From Chromera velia (Eukaryota): a stretch of 64,000 bases of DNA. The position numbers were made by a program, and so were the translations under genes. Where the stretch lies: contig JAHBMJ010000101.1 in NCBI GenBank assembly GCA_018398765.1, positions 62,001 through 126,000 on the forward strand. The letters run 5' to 3'. Positions 11,281 through 22,385 of the stretch are shown piece after piece. Each line of letters begins with the position of its first letter. Positions within the stretch are counted from its first letter, which is position 1. The notes beneath the pieces are model-generated. The model had not been told where the DNA came from and did no database searches. It worked only from the letters and a program-made list of their open reading frames with translations.

Positions 11281-12390
11281 ATTAACCGTTTTTCCTCTTT
11301 GTCCAGTATACTCAGTCGTAGTGCGGCTTACTCCTGACTCTGTAAGGCGGCATGTCTTAACTTGCCACTGAGCTTGGTAGCATAGTCAAACAACAGAACA
11401 ATTTAGAACAGCTTCACTTAGATGGTATACTTTATCGCCTTCCTTGAAAACTATATAGATGATCAAATCTATGTACAATTTCCCTCCATATGTGTTTTTG
11501 CATATGTACTGATACATCAAGGTTAGACAAAAGGTGCATGTTCGCCATATACGCGCTGTACATGCAATTGCCGGAAAATGCGGGTCCCGAAAGGCAAATA
11601 TAACCCGATTTATTGGTAATTCGACTTTTTTTTTTCCATAGGTGCGGCTAATTAATCGTTTTTCCTCTTTGTTAAGCGCACTCAGTCGTGGTGCGGCTTA
11701 CTCCTAACTCTGTAAGGCGGCATGTCTTAACTTGCCACTGAGCTTGGTAGCATAGTCAAACAACGGAGAAATTCAGAACAGCTTCACTTAGACGGTGTGC
11801 TTTATCGCCTTCCTTGAAAACTACACAGATGATCGAATCTATGTACAATTTCCCTCCATATGTGTTTTTGCATATGTACCGATACATCAAGGTTAGACAA
11901 AAGGTGTATGTTCGCCATGCACGTGCTGTACATGCAATTACCGGAAAGTGCGGGTCCCGAAAGGCAAATATAACCCGATTTATTGGTAATTCGACTTTTT
12001 TTTTTCCATAGGTGCGGCTAATTAATCGTTTTTCCTCTTTGTTAAGCGCACTCAGTCGTGGTGCGGCTTACTCCTGACTCTGTAAGGCGGCATGTCTTAA
12101 CTTGCCACTAAGCTTGGTAGCATAGTCAAACAACGGAGAAATTCAGAACAGCTTCACTTAGACGGTATGCTTTATCGCCTTCCTTGAAAACTACACAGAT
12201 GATCGAATCTACGTACAATTCCCCTCCATGTGTGTTTTTGCATATGTACCGATACATCAAGGTTAGACAAAAGGTGTATGTTCGCCATGCACGCGCTGTA
12301 CATGCAGTTGCCGGAAAGCGCGGGTCCCGAAAGGCAAATGTAACCCGATTTATTGGTAATTCGACTTTTTTTTTTCCATAGGTGCGGCTA
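11281..12390. repeat. Three tandem copies of a 370-bp unit (11281-11650, 11651-12020, 12021-12390)
   Basis: Colinear with no indels; 32 variable positions by manual alignment. Confidence 0.97.
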
Positions 12391-12400
12391 AGGGCCTTAA

Positions 12401-12427
12401 CAGATACCATGGCCGGGGGCCACGGCA
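12401..12427 (+). promoter_or_regulatory. Copy of dispersed element CAGATACCATGGCC-GGGGGCCACGGCA, ~255 bp upstream of the SF3A3 ATG
   Basis: The same 13-14-mer occurs at 2490-2503 (+), 8486-8499 (-) and 60958-60971 (-). A regulatory role is inference only. Confidence 0.4.
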
Positions 12428-12680
12428 AAGTTTTGCATGCACCACTGAAATTCGAGCTTGATCGATCATTTTCTGAGATCTTGTGAGGCCAGTCGTCCTC
12501 TCTCTCTCTCCACACACACACACACACATACTGATGCCAGCGTAATTGATTCCCTCACGTACCAGCTTCAATCACAAAACTGCGCCCATCTTTCGGCCCA
12601 ATTACACACACCACATGCTCGAGAACCTTCTTTGAGTTGAATACTTGACTTGACGGAGAAGGAAACGACAGAGAGGGAGG

Positions 12681-15132
12681 ATGTCTGGGACTGTGCTGGA
12701 GTCCTTGAGGGGCTCCCACGAGGACATCGAGTCTATCGAGAAGGCCATCGCACGAATCCTGACAGAGAGGGCAGAGAACACAAGGAAAGTCGGAAGGGTT
12801 GCGTATGACCATGCGATTGCCTACCTGCTGAAGATGGCCGTCTCCAAAGCCCAAACAGTAAGTCAGCACACGCAGAAAGGGAAAGGGGAACCGCACAAGC
12901 TTTTACACCACCCTCATGCATGCCACAAAAAGGATGGATGCGCACCTGTGTGAGCGTTCGGAAAGCATTCAATCTGTGAAGTGCCTTTTCTTTCATGACA
13001 TCGAAAAAGACTCGGAAGCAGATAGAAAAATTTTGGAATTTCCGGTTAATTTCTCAACTCTTCCTGCGTCTTCTTCCCCCCAATTTCCTCTTGAGCTATA
13101 CCCGTCTTTTATTGTCTTGCCTCCCATTCTGGTTGTCTACAGTGTCTCGACATCTACGCAGACGGGGATGGTGCGAGACGGGAGGAATTGGCGTTTTTGA
13201 TGGGGAGACGGCCGAAGGGTCCCGACAGTGTGTGGGCGAATTTCTACGACCAGCTGAAGACCGTGAGAGACTACCACAGAAAGTTCGCAGAGCAGAATGC
13301 ATTTCCAGAGACCAGAGACGCGCAGTACTTCCTCACCATGGCCTACACAGGGGGCGCATCTGCCACAGAGGACGGCCTTCTGACTGCACCCAAACTTTTG
13401 CAGGGGCCTGTGTCGAAGGCGTTCTCCCCTCAGGAGGACATGGGCAAGAGGGTGGACATGCAGGGGCTGTATAGTGTGTTTTCGAATATGAAGAAGTACA
13501 GGCAGTATCGAGAGACCCAATGGAAGCAGGCGGAGGTTGCCCGTATTCGAAAGAAGTGGAGAGAGAAGAAGCAGCAGAGGGAAGAGAAGGAGAGAGAGGA
13601 GAAGGAGAAAAAGATGTTGGAGGATGATGCTCCAATGCTAGAGGAAGAGGAGAACGATCGAAGAAACGGGGTAAACGGAACGTCCCACTCGCATGCAGAT
13701 GAAGAGGAAGAGATGGTAAGAAAGAAAAGAAGGGAAGCCCTCTGGCAGGCAGAAGAGGATGAGGAGATCGCGAAGGTGGCTTTCAGAGAGATTGACCACG
13801 TCACTTGGCTGAAGGAATTCGATCGGTCAGTCTGTTCCTCAGCTGCCTCAGAGAAATCTCTGAGCTTTTGACTTACTCTCATCTGTATGCGCTTTTTCAT
13901 TTGTTGTCTTTTACTTCGAAAGAGTGCTTTCCTCTTGAAAGTGGACGGGAGAGACCATACGACGGGGGAGCAATGAAAAGTCCGAAACAAAGGAAGAAAA
14001 AAACACTTCTTTTTGCTTGCCCCTTTTGCCATTGTTTGGGTGTTCTGCTGTCCGATTGGTTCACCCACCCGCAGAGTCGTGCTTGAAGGAAGTTCTCTGC
14101 AGAGATCCCTCCCCCTGTTTCTCTTCTCTCCCCCTTTTGTGCCAGCCAACCAACCAACCAACCAACCCTTTTTGGTGGCAGGCAGTCTTCCTGTCTTCCT
14201 GTACTCACACGCGAACTGCCCCCCCCGCTAGCTGCAGGTTCCACGAGGTGCCGCGGCACTGCAAGTACAGAGACGGGGACTACGAAGCATACGTGAGGGC
14301 CCTGGGGGAGTACTTGCAAGGATTCTTCCAGCGGCTCTTTCCTTTAGCAGACGGCAGGAAGGCAGAAGAGCAGTTGAAGGCGGATTTCGAGAAGAGGTGG
14401 GGGGAGAGAACCATCGCGGGGTGGGAACAGCTGACGAGGGAGATGCCTCTCTACTGCTTTCCCTCAGACCATCTGTTTGCGTCTGCACAGGTCCTCAAGG
14501 GACATACGGAGGTCAGGCACCCCCTCTGCCTCCCCCCCTCTGTGTGTGTGTGTGCGTGTGTGTGATGATTCGTATGCCTGTCTTCCTGTCTGTGCATGTG
14601 AAACGAGGTCTTCTCTCGTGACGCTCCCACAGCGAATTCACTTTCTTTGTCAGCTCTTGTCTTTTTTTTCTTTCTTTCTTTTTCTTTCTTCTGCATGCAA
14701 TGACGGCAGGAGAAGGACAACTGTCTGGATCCTCTGCTTACGGAGAAACAGGAGCGGGAAAGAAAGCTGGGAAGGCCAACAAATCTTTGAGCAGAAATTC
14801 CGTCTGTTGCATGTCTGACTGTCTCTTTGTATGGAGCGTAGACCGGGTCTTTTCGTGCGTTACAATCCCGTCTGAAATAGCGTGCGTCAGTGTGCGTAAC
14901 ACTTTCCGAGCTAAATCGGAGAAGCGAAGGGCCCGGAAAGCGAAAAATGAAGGCTAGTGAAGACGCGATATGACGCAGTCTGTTTTGTTTAGGTGTCCAC
15001 CAGCTTCGCTTTCCCGGGCCCGGGAAACTGCACGAACGCAATGAACTCCGCTCGCAAAATGCGCGAACCAACCAAGTGACTTGTCTGAAAGAATGAAAGA
15101 AAGAATGAATGAAAGAATGAAAGAATGAATGA

Positions 15133-15172
<40 letters not shown>

Positions 15173-16006
15173 AATTGTTTGTTGCAAGCAAGTTGCCTGC
15201 CTGCAGGGAAAGAAATTCAAGAAAAACCAGGAGTTGATGGCCGCCCGGTCGATGGGGGAGCAGGACAAGCGGAGGGAGGAGAGCCTCCAGGCAGACAAGA
15301 AGACTGCATTCTTGGAGGCAGTCGTCCAGAAGTACAAGGACTTCCTCGGAGAGACCATACAGGTTGGTAGTTTCCTTCCTTCCTTCCTTCCTTCCTTCCT
15401 TGTTTCCGTACATGCATCTGATTCCCTGCGTGTCCGAGGAGGAGTGTGTAGAGTGGGGGGGGGTTGCTGTGTCTGGAGTCTCGGGCGGGGGAGTGAAAGG
15501 GAGAGAGTCTGAGGAGGAAAGAGCGTACACGACAAAGACATATCATCGTCGGAAAGAGCGGACAGGAAAAGGACATGTCGGTTGTGCCAACAGATTGCTT
15601 AGACGTCTCCCTTAGCGTGAGAGCAGACATAGCGCACAACGAGAGGCAGTCGCAGCGGCTGTCGAAGCATGAGTGAATAACCGTGTGTGTGTGTGTGTGT
15701 GTGCGTGTGTGTGTGTGTGTGCAGGACACGGTGAACTTCATCCAGAAGAGACAGTCGATGACGCTGCAGGAGTTGGAGGCGGCGATCGAAGAAGAAGGTG
15801 AGAGGGAGTGTGTGGATGGGACAGGAAAGAGGGGAGAACGAAGGAAATGAGTTCGTTAGGGGAAACCTGGTGGAGGGAGACACCCGAGCTGAAAGGGAAG
15901 GCGATTGCGTGTCTCCATACAAATGGGTGGATGAATGAAGGACTGAAAGCATCAGTTGATACACACACACACACACACACACACTCACACACAGAGAGGG
16001 AGAGAG

Positions 16007-16041
<35 letters not shown>

Positions 16042-16868
16042 AACATATACCCGAGGTCAGTCAGGAGAGCTGTATGAGGGTAAGGTGAAAAAAGACCAAA
16101 GAGGGTGGGTGACTCCACGTCTTTCTTTTCATTTGCTTTCCTCAGTGCTGCTATGCTGCCTACCGTGCATGCATATGTTCTTGTCTTGTACTCTGCTGCT
16201 GTTTGATTTGATGGAAGAGAGACCTCATTTGTTCGCCTGCTCCTGCTCTCTTTTCTGTGTGTCTGTGTCTTTTGTTGCCTGCCTCTCAGAGGAGGGGGGA
16301 GAGGACGCGCCCGTTGAGGGGGTCGAGGGAGAAGAGGAGGAGGAGGTGGGGGACGACGATGACGACAAACCCGTTTTCAATCCTCTGAACTTACCTATCG
16401 GTCAGTTGGGTGAATGAATCGAGAGGCGAGCATTCCTTTGTTCACGCATTTCACATATCACTGCGTCTGTCCGTCTGCTCCTTTTTCCTCCTTCCCTTTC
16501 TCTCTGTCTCATTTTCCTTCTTCATTTCTTGTATCATTTTTCTGCCTGTCAGTCTGCCTGTAGGTGCAGTTCTGTCTCGCATTTGTGGAATTGCTTCCTC
16601 GCTCTCTCTCTCTCTCTTTTCTCTCTCTCCGTCGTCTCCTCAGTTGACCCCACCTCCCGCACGCTCATTCATTCATTCATTGTGCGTATGCGAAATTTCT
16701 GATTCCCTGGGACCTTTCCGCTCTGGTTTGTGCTGATCATTGATATCTGTGCATGCACAAGCTTTCGACCTAAGAGACGTACATCGATCGCTTCAGGATA
16801 GGAAAGCATTCTCTCTTCATGCACAGCCACTCTCACGATTCGAATGAGAATTTGTGTGTGTATGTTCC

Positions 16869-16901
<33 letters not shown>

Positions 16902-17793
16902 GTGACTGTCTGTCTGTCTGTCTGTCCGTCTGTCTGTCTGTGTGTCTGTCTGTCTGTCTGTGTGTCTGTTGCAGGATGGGACGGGAGGCCGATGCCGTTC
17001 TGGCTGTACAAGCTGAATGGTCTCGGTCAGGAGTTCAAATGCGAGATCTGCGGGAACTATTCTTATTGGGGGAGGAAAAATTTCGAGCGGCACTTTCAAG
17101 AGTGGAGACACGCGTACGGAATGAAGTGCATCCGCATCCCCAACACTGCACACTTCAAGGTCAGACCCAGACCAGACAGCTGAGATGAGATTCAAACAGG
17201 TGTCTGCCGCTTTTGTGCAAAAATCAAGGCTTGACTGGCTCTCTGACTGTTCCGTTGCTTTCTCCTTGCCTTTCCCCGTGATCCTCGGCGTTGCCTCCTC
17301 CGTCGTCTCCTCTGCGGAGTTTGTCCATCCATCTTTTCCTCAATCTCTTTCTCGTCACTGTGCGTTGAGTCTTGTGTTTGTTCTTTCTGGTTCGTTCTTC
17401 GTCTGTCTGTCTGTCTGTCTGTCTGCCACATTTGAGATCCCGATTGATGCCCGCATGATCTGTTCAAAGCGCAATGCCACCTTTCCTTTCCCCCTCTCCC
17501 ACCGTTTTTTAAGTCACCGCCACTCGGGGTCCGTGCGTGCGTGCGTCAGACTGAAAGAAACTAATTCCCTTAATTTCTTTCTGCATCCATTTATCGATTG
17601 ATTGATCGATGTATCGATCAACACATCTATCTGCAGGAAATAACAAAAATCGAGGACGCGATCAACCTCTACGAAAAACTCCAGAAGGAGGCAGAAAACA
17701 CGGTCAGTAGGACTGTCAGAAAGCTGGTCAGTTTGTCGACTTCTTTTTGTGCTTTTCTCTCTGTCTCTTCCTTTCTCTATCCATCTCTATCAA

Positions 17794-17890
<97 letters not shown>

Positions 17891-17932
17891 GCATGACTTC
17901 TCTTTTTTCTTTTACCATTCAAAGAGATACAC

Positions 17933-17989
<57 letters not shown>

Positions 17990-18349
17990 ATAGAAGGGTC
18001 CGTCCGTCTGCATTTTTGCTTTTTTACCTTTCATTCCAAAAGGAAAAAGGAGGGAGGGAGAAAGAACGCAATGAATGAATGAAATTCCAGCTAGAGCCTG
18101 TGTCTCTGTTGTCCGTTCTTCGCCTCTCTACTGAACTTTCCCGTCCTGGTCCTTCCCTCCCGTCCTCTCTGCTTCCTTCGTTGATGGATCCGCTGATCGA
18201 GGCACTCTCTGTGTCTCTGTCTCCTTCTCCGCTTTCTTGTCTGCCTGCAGGCGTTCCGCCCAGAGCAGGAGATCGAGTGCGAGGACTCAGACGGCAACGT
18301 CATGTCTCTCAGGGCCTTCGAAGACCTCAAGAGACAGGGCCTCATCTAG
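12681..18349 (+). CDS. SF3A3: Splicing factor 3A subunit 3 (SF3a60/Prp9), 9 exons
   Basis: Exons 12681-12857, 13143-13825, 14238-14511, 15207-15362, 15725-15797, 16290-16400, 16975-17159, 17637-17702 and 18251-18349 join in frame. Hallmarks: [70 protein letters not shown], zinc finger CEICGN...[12 protein letters not shown]-terminus ECEDSDGNV...EDLKRQGLI. Confidence 0.97.
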
Positions 18350-19255
18350 GAGGGGTGCAGCATGGGTGTTCTCGAGAATATTCTTCGATCTGATGCAATA
18401 TTCTCAATGGGATGGGATGAGCCTGGCAAGGACTCATGGGGAATTCGGGCTGGTTAGGAGGTCTCGTGCCGTCACCTAGGTTGTCACAGAAATGCGGTGG
18501 GTGGATCTGGGGGCAGCAGGCTAGGCAGCAGGGCGGCCCGTTCGTCGTCATCATTAAAGAAACTTACACGCTGCCGCGAAGCAAGTGTAATGTGCGGCAG
18601 GTGGCTAGGACTAGGCCAGGAAGTTCGAGATGACACTTTAGAACATTCCGAAGTTCCCGAGTTCCGACGTGACTAGCGACGCAGACCATAGAACAGGTAT
18701 GAGAACAGGCACACACTGAGGATGTCACTCGTTGGCTGACTATAATAAACATGATTCACAGACGTTTAATACTCTACTAAAAATACGTATTGTAAATAGA
18801 TCTTAATATCTTGTTATGATCTATATGAAGTGCAGTTTAGGATAGGATAGGATTTATGTTTCGGGTCACCCCGTGGTCCACTGCCGGGCCTCGACTGCTA
18901 AAGTATTGTATGCAGACTCATGATGATATAAATTCATATAATATCACTCAGTGCATGTCGGGCATTCGGCCAAGTATTCGGCACTGCCAGTGGGGCGGCA
19001 TAAATCCACTCCATACAGACATTAATCCTATTAAATTCTAAGTCACTCATGAAACTCCTATATTAGGCCCTAATCTACTTAAAATAATTTATGAAAAAAA
19101 TTCAAAAAAACTGTATAGATGAAAGATTTGTCAGCAGACTCGCCTGCGAGGAATTAAATAGAGGTTGTCGGTTTTCTGAAGCTGTTTCCACATGCTATAT
19201 AGGATATCAACGTTCGGAGGCCAACGTTAGGCCGATTGCCCGTGCACTACGGGGG

Positions 19256-19345
19256 NNNNNNNNNNNNNNNNNNNNNNNNNNNNNNNNNNNNNNNNNNNNN
19301 NNNNNNNNNNNNNNNNNNNNNNNNNNNNNNNNNNNNNNNNNNNNN
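19256..19345. other. Assembly gap (N run) flanked by G-runs
   Basis: N characters in the sequence. Confidence 0.99.
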
Positions 19346-19360
19346 GGGGGGGGGGGGGGG

Positions 19361-19688
19361 AGTTTCGAACGCGGAGGTAGAGTCTGTCTACGAGCACTGC
19401 CCCCTTGACATGCATAGACAGGGTAAATTGAATGATGTTGTTCACAAGTTGACAGAATATAAAGGGACGAAAATAGAAAGAGGACGCATGGATAGGCTTT
19501 TGGAGGAAGTAAGAGACGCACGCTCTGAGTCGGACTTGATCGTGTGGGCACAACAGATGGTAAAGCAACAGTTAAGACGGGCGGTGTGCAAGAACGAAAA
19601 GAAAGTAAGAGAGATTTTCATACTCCTTCTCGAGAAACACCCTGTTGCCGGCGCACGGGCAATTTCAGCTTGCCTTCGTAAACGGTAA
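19361..19688 (+). pseudogene. Possible coding fragment after the gap, ending in an HTH-like LLEKHPVAGARAISACLRKR; perhaps a transposase remnant
   Basis: ~109 open codons with protein-like, charged helical composition, truncated by the gap. The family assignment rests on motif resemblance only. Confidence 0.3.
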
Positions 19689-22105
19689 AGTCTTGATCCG
19701 ATTGCCTCTAGATAGTTGTTTCCTGTTTTTCTCCGTTTGAGTGTATGGGGTGGGTTCAGAGCTAGAATGTAACAGAGAGAGAAACGTGAAACGTGCGGGG
19801 GGGGACATGCTCGAGCTTGCGTGACGTGGGGGGGCGGGGCGCTCGTATCCGCGTGGCGTGGATACAGCTTTTTTGGGTGGTCTCTCTGTTTTTCTTTTTC
19901 TCATCTTCTTTTCATCCCTTCTTTTTTTTTTCTCTTTCTTTTTCCTGTCCGGTTTTTTGCTTATAATTTCACTGCCTCGAAAATAGACTAGGAAAATAGA
20001 TCGTGCCCTACAGAGTTGACCTTTAAATTGGTCTTACCGAAGGACAGGAGAGACTGATAGGACTACTGTAGGTACCGTACTCCAGTCAGTCTAGTCAGCC
20101 CCAGGGAAGTGAAGTCACTGTGCCTGCGTCTTGTCTGATTCTCGTTTGATCTTGTATGTATTCTTTCTTCGCTGCTGACTGTCTACTATGCTCAGCAGCC
20201 GAGCCCTTCCTCAGGAGTCGGTATCCAGGGAAGTGTTCCGTAGGGTTCCTACCCTGTTGACTGCACTCCTTATCATTTCTCAGGCTAACATGGACACGTT
20301 CTTTTACTTCTCTTTTTCGGTCTCCCTTTCTGGCTCTGTCTTCCCTCTCGGTCGTTCCCCCTGCCACTGCAAGTTTGTTCCGATGCCGGTAGTTTTTAAT
20401 CCTGGTTGCTTGAGGGTAGAACTACCCTCTGTTTCTATTTCCATTTCCGCCCTAGCTAGGCTTTGGTCCATACAAATGCCCCAGTGGGGCCTAGGTCGAG
20501 GGATCGAACTTATGCAGGAAATACTAGGTTGGCCTGAGCCTATATGGCTCACCGGCTTTAACCTCATACATCATCATCATCATCAAACAGGTCTTTGTTA
20601 CAAAATCTTGCGAGTGGCCGCTGAGTGAGTCAGAGTGACTCGGCGAGTGAGTTACGTGCATGTGCCTGGCTTCTGCAGAACGTGATGAAAGCCAGCGCAT
20701 TGAAATTTCAAAGCCAGCTTCAAGGTATACTTCAAGGCGGCGTTCTCCTTTTTTCCACAAGTTTTCACAGGATTAACAGCACAAACCCGAGGAGCACGCT
20801 GACGAGAAGTATGCGAAGAACTGAAGCAACATGAAAACGGTGTGCATGTGTGTGCATCTGTCCTAGTTTCTGTCGAGGCTCGCCTGCTTGCTCTCTCTCT
20901 GTCTGTCTCTCTCTCTCTCACACACACAGTATTTTTCTTTCGCTTGCAGTCTCTCAGAGCATCACACTTCATGAGATGCATTCGCCCTCGATTTTTAAAA
21001 CTACACCAACCTCTTTCCCGACTCCTAAGAATCCTCACGGAGTGGGTCACCCCCCTCCGTCAGCCAATCCGTCAGGCATGCAGTCACTCAGACAGTCAGC
21101 AAACCCGTTGTTCTCTGTCAGCAAGTCTGTAACGCAGGCAGTCAGTCGGTCGATAAACTGATCCACGAAAAAAAAAAGAATGACAAAGGAGTTTCGTTTC
21201 TGTACTCATCTCTGTTTTACGTACAGTATGTACCGAGACGGAACAAGTGAGGTGATCGAGGGTGCAAGGCCGCACCACCATGCAGTTGTTGCCTACGGGT
21301 CAACGGCGGCACTGCGGAATAAAGCAAGGGAAAAAAGTTTCTCCGTCACACGTACGCACAGATAGACAGACACACACGTACACACACACACAAACACACA
21401 CATACACACACACTCACACACACAAACTGACGGACGGACTCGGATTGCGAGATGATTCAACACCCCAAAAAAAGAGTTTAGTGGAATCTGACACATGACA
21501 AATCGAGAAAAACAACGACAGAAGTTGGCAATGTATCGATCGACAAATAAATAAATAAGTACAGACAACAAAACAAACAAACAAAACAAAAATGGGTGAG
21601 TTTGAAAGAACACGTCCAAATGAACGCACAGAGTGACCAACTGATCGGATTATTACAGGCCACGTCGCGAAGGAGCTTGCCGGTTTCTTTACACAAAAAA
21701 ACCGGCCGACAATTAAGCCTGCCTGCCAGTCGCAACGACGTCCTGTCACCTGATTCAATCCCCCTTCTTCGTTTCCCTCCCTCCTTCTCTCTGCTTTTCT
21801 TTTGCACCGCTGTCCCCCCCAAGGTCCTCAAAAAATTGTTTCGCTCTTTCGGACAGAATTTCTTTCAAGATGTACAGCCGATCTTCGCCGTAACAAAATC
21901 GCCTGTCCGTTTCTTTGCTCGGTCTTCTTTTTCCTCCTCCCTGAATGCCCGTTGTTTCCTTTCTTTTCCGTTTCACCCACGGTCAATTCCCTCCACACAA
22001 ACAGACAGGCAGACTCTGCCCTCCCCGACAAATGCATTCAATCCATCCATCCATCCATCCCGCAGAGAACAGACCTCCCTTGCTTCTTCCCCTCGGGGCA
22101 CTCAG

Positions 22106-22216
22106 CCCCCCCCTCAAGGAACAGCTACAGGAAGAGACCCCCCCCTCAAGGAACAGCTACAGGAAGAGACCCCCCCCTCAAGGAACAGCTACAGGAAGAG
22201 ACCCCCCCCCAGGAAC
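22106..22216. repeat. 32-bp tandem repeat (C-run + TCAAGGAACAGCTACAGGAAGAGA), ~3.3 copies
   Basis: TCAAG at 22114, 22146 and 22178. Confidence 0.93.
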
Positions 22217-22385
22217 AAACAAATACTGTCTGTCTGTCTGTCTGTCTGTCATGCGCTCTTTCTACACTTTCACAAGATTCCACTAGCTTCCTTCTGAGGC
22301 TCTTTGAGAGGGCGGCAGCTGACATTTCTTCTCTGCCTGGAAGTATGTCATCTACTCCACCTATAAACATGTTAAATACTGTTCA

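Noticed and set aside
20480..20560. tRNA gene suggested by GTTCGATCCC
   Set aside because: No cloverleaf or acceptor stem can be formed.
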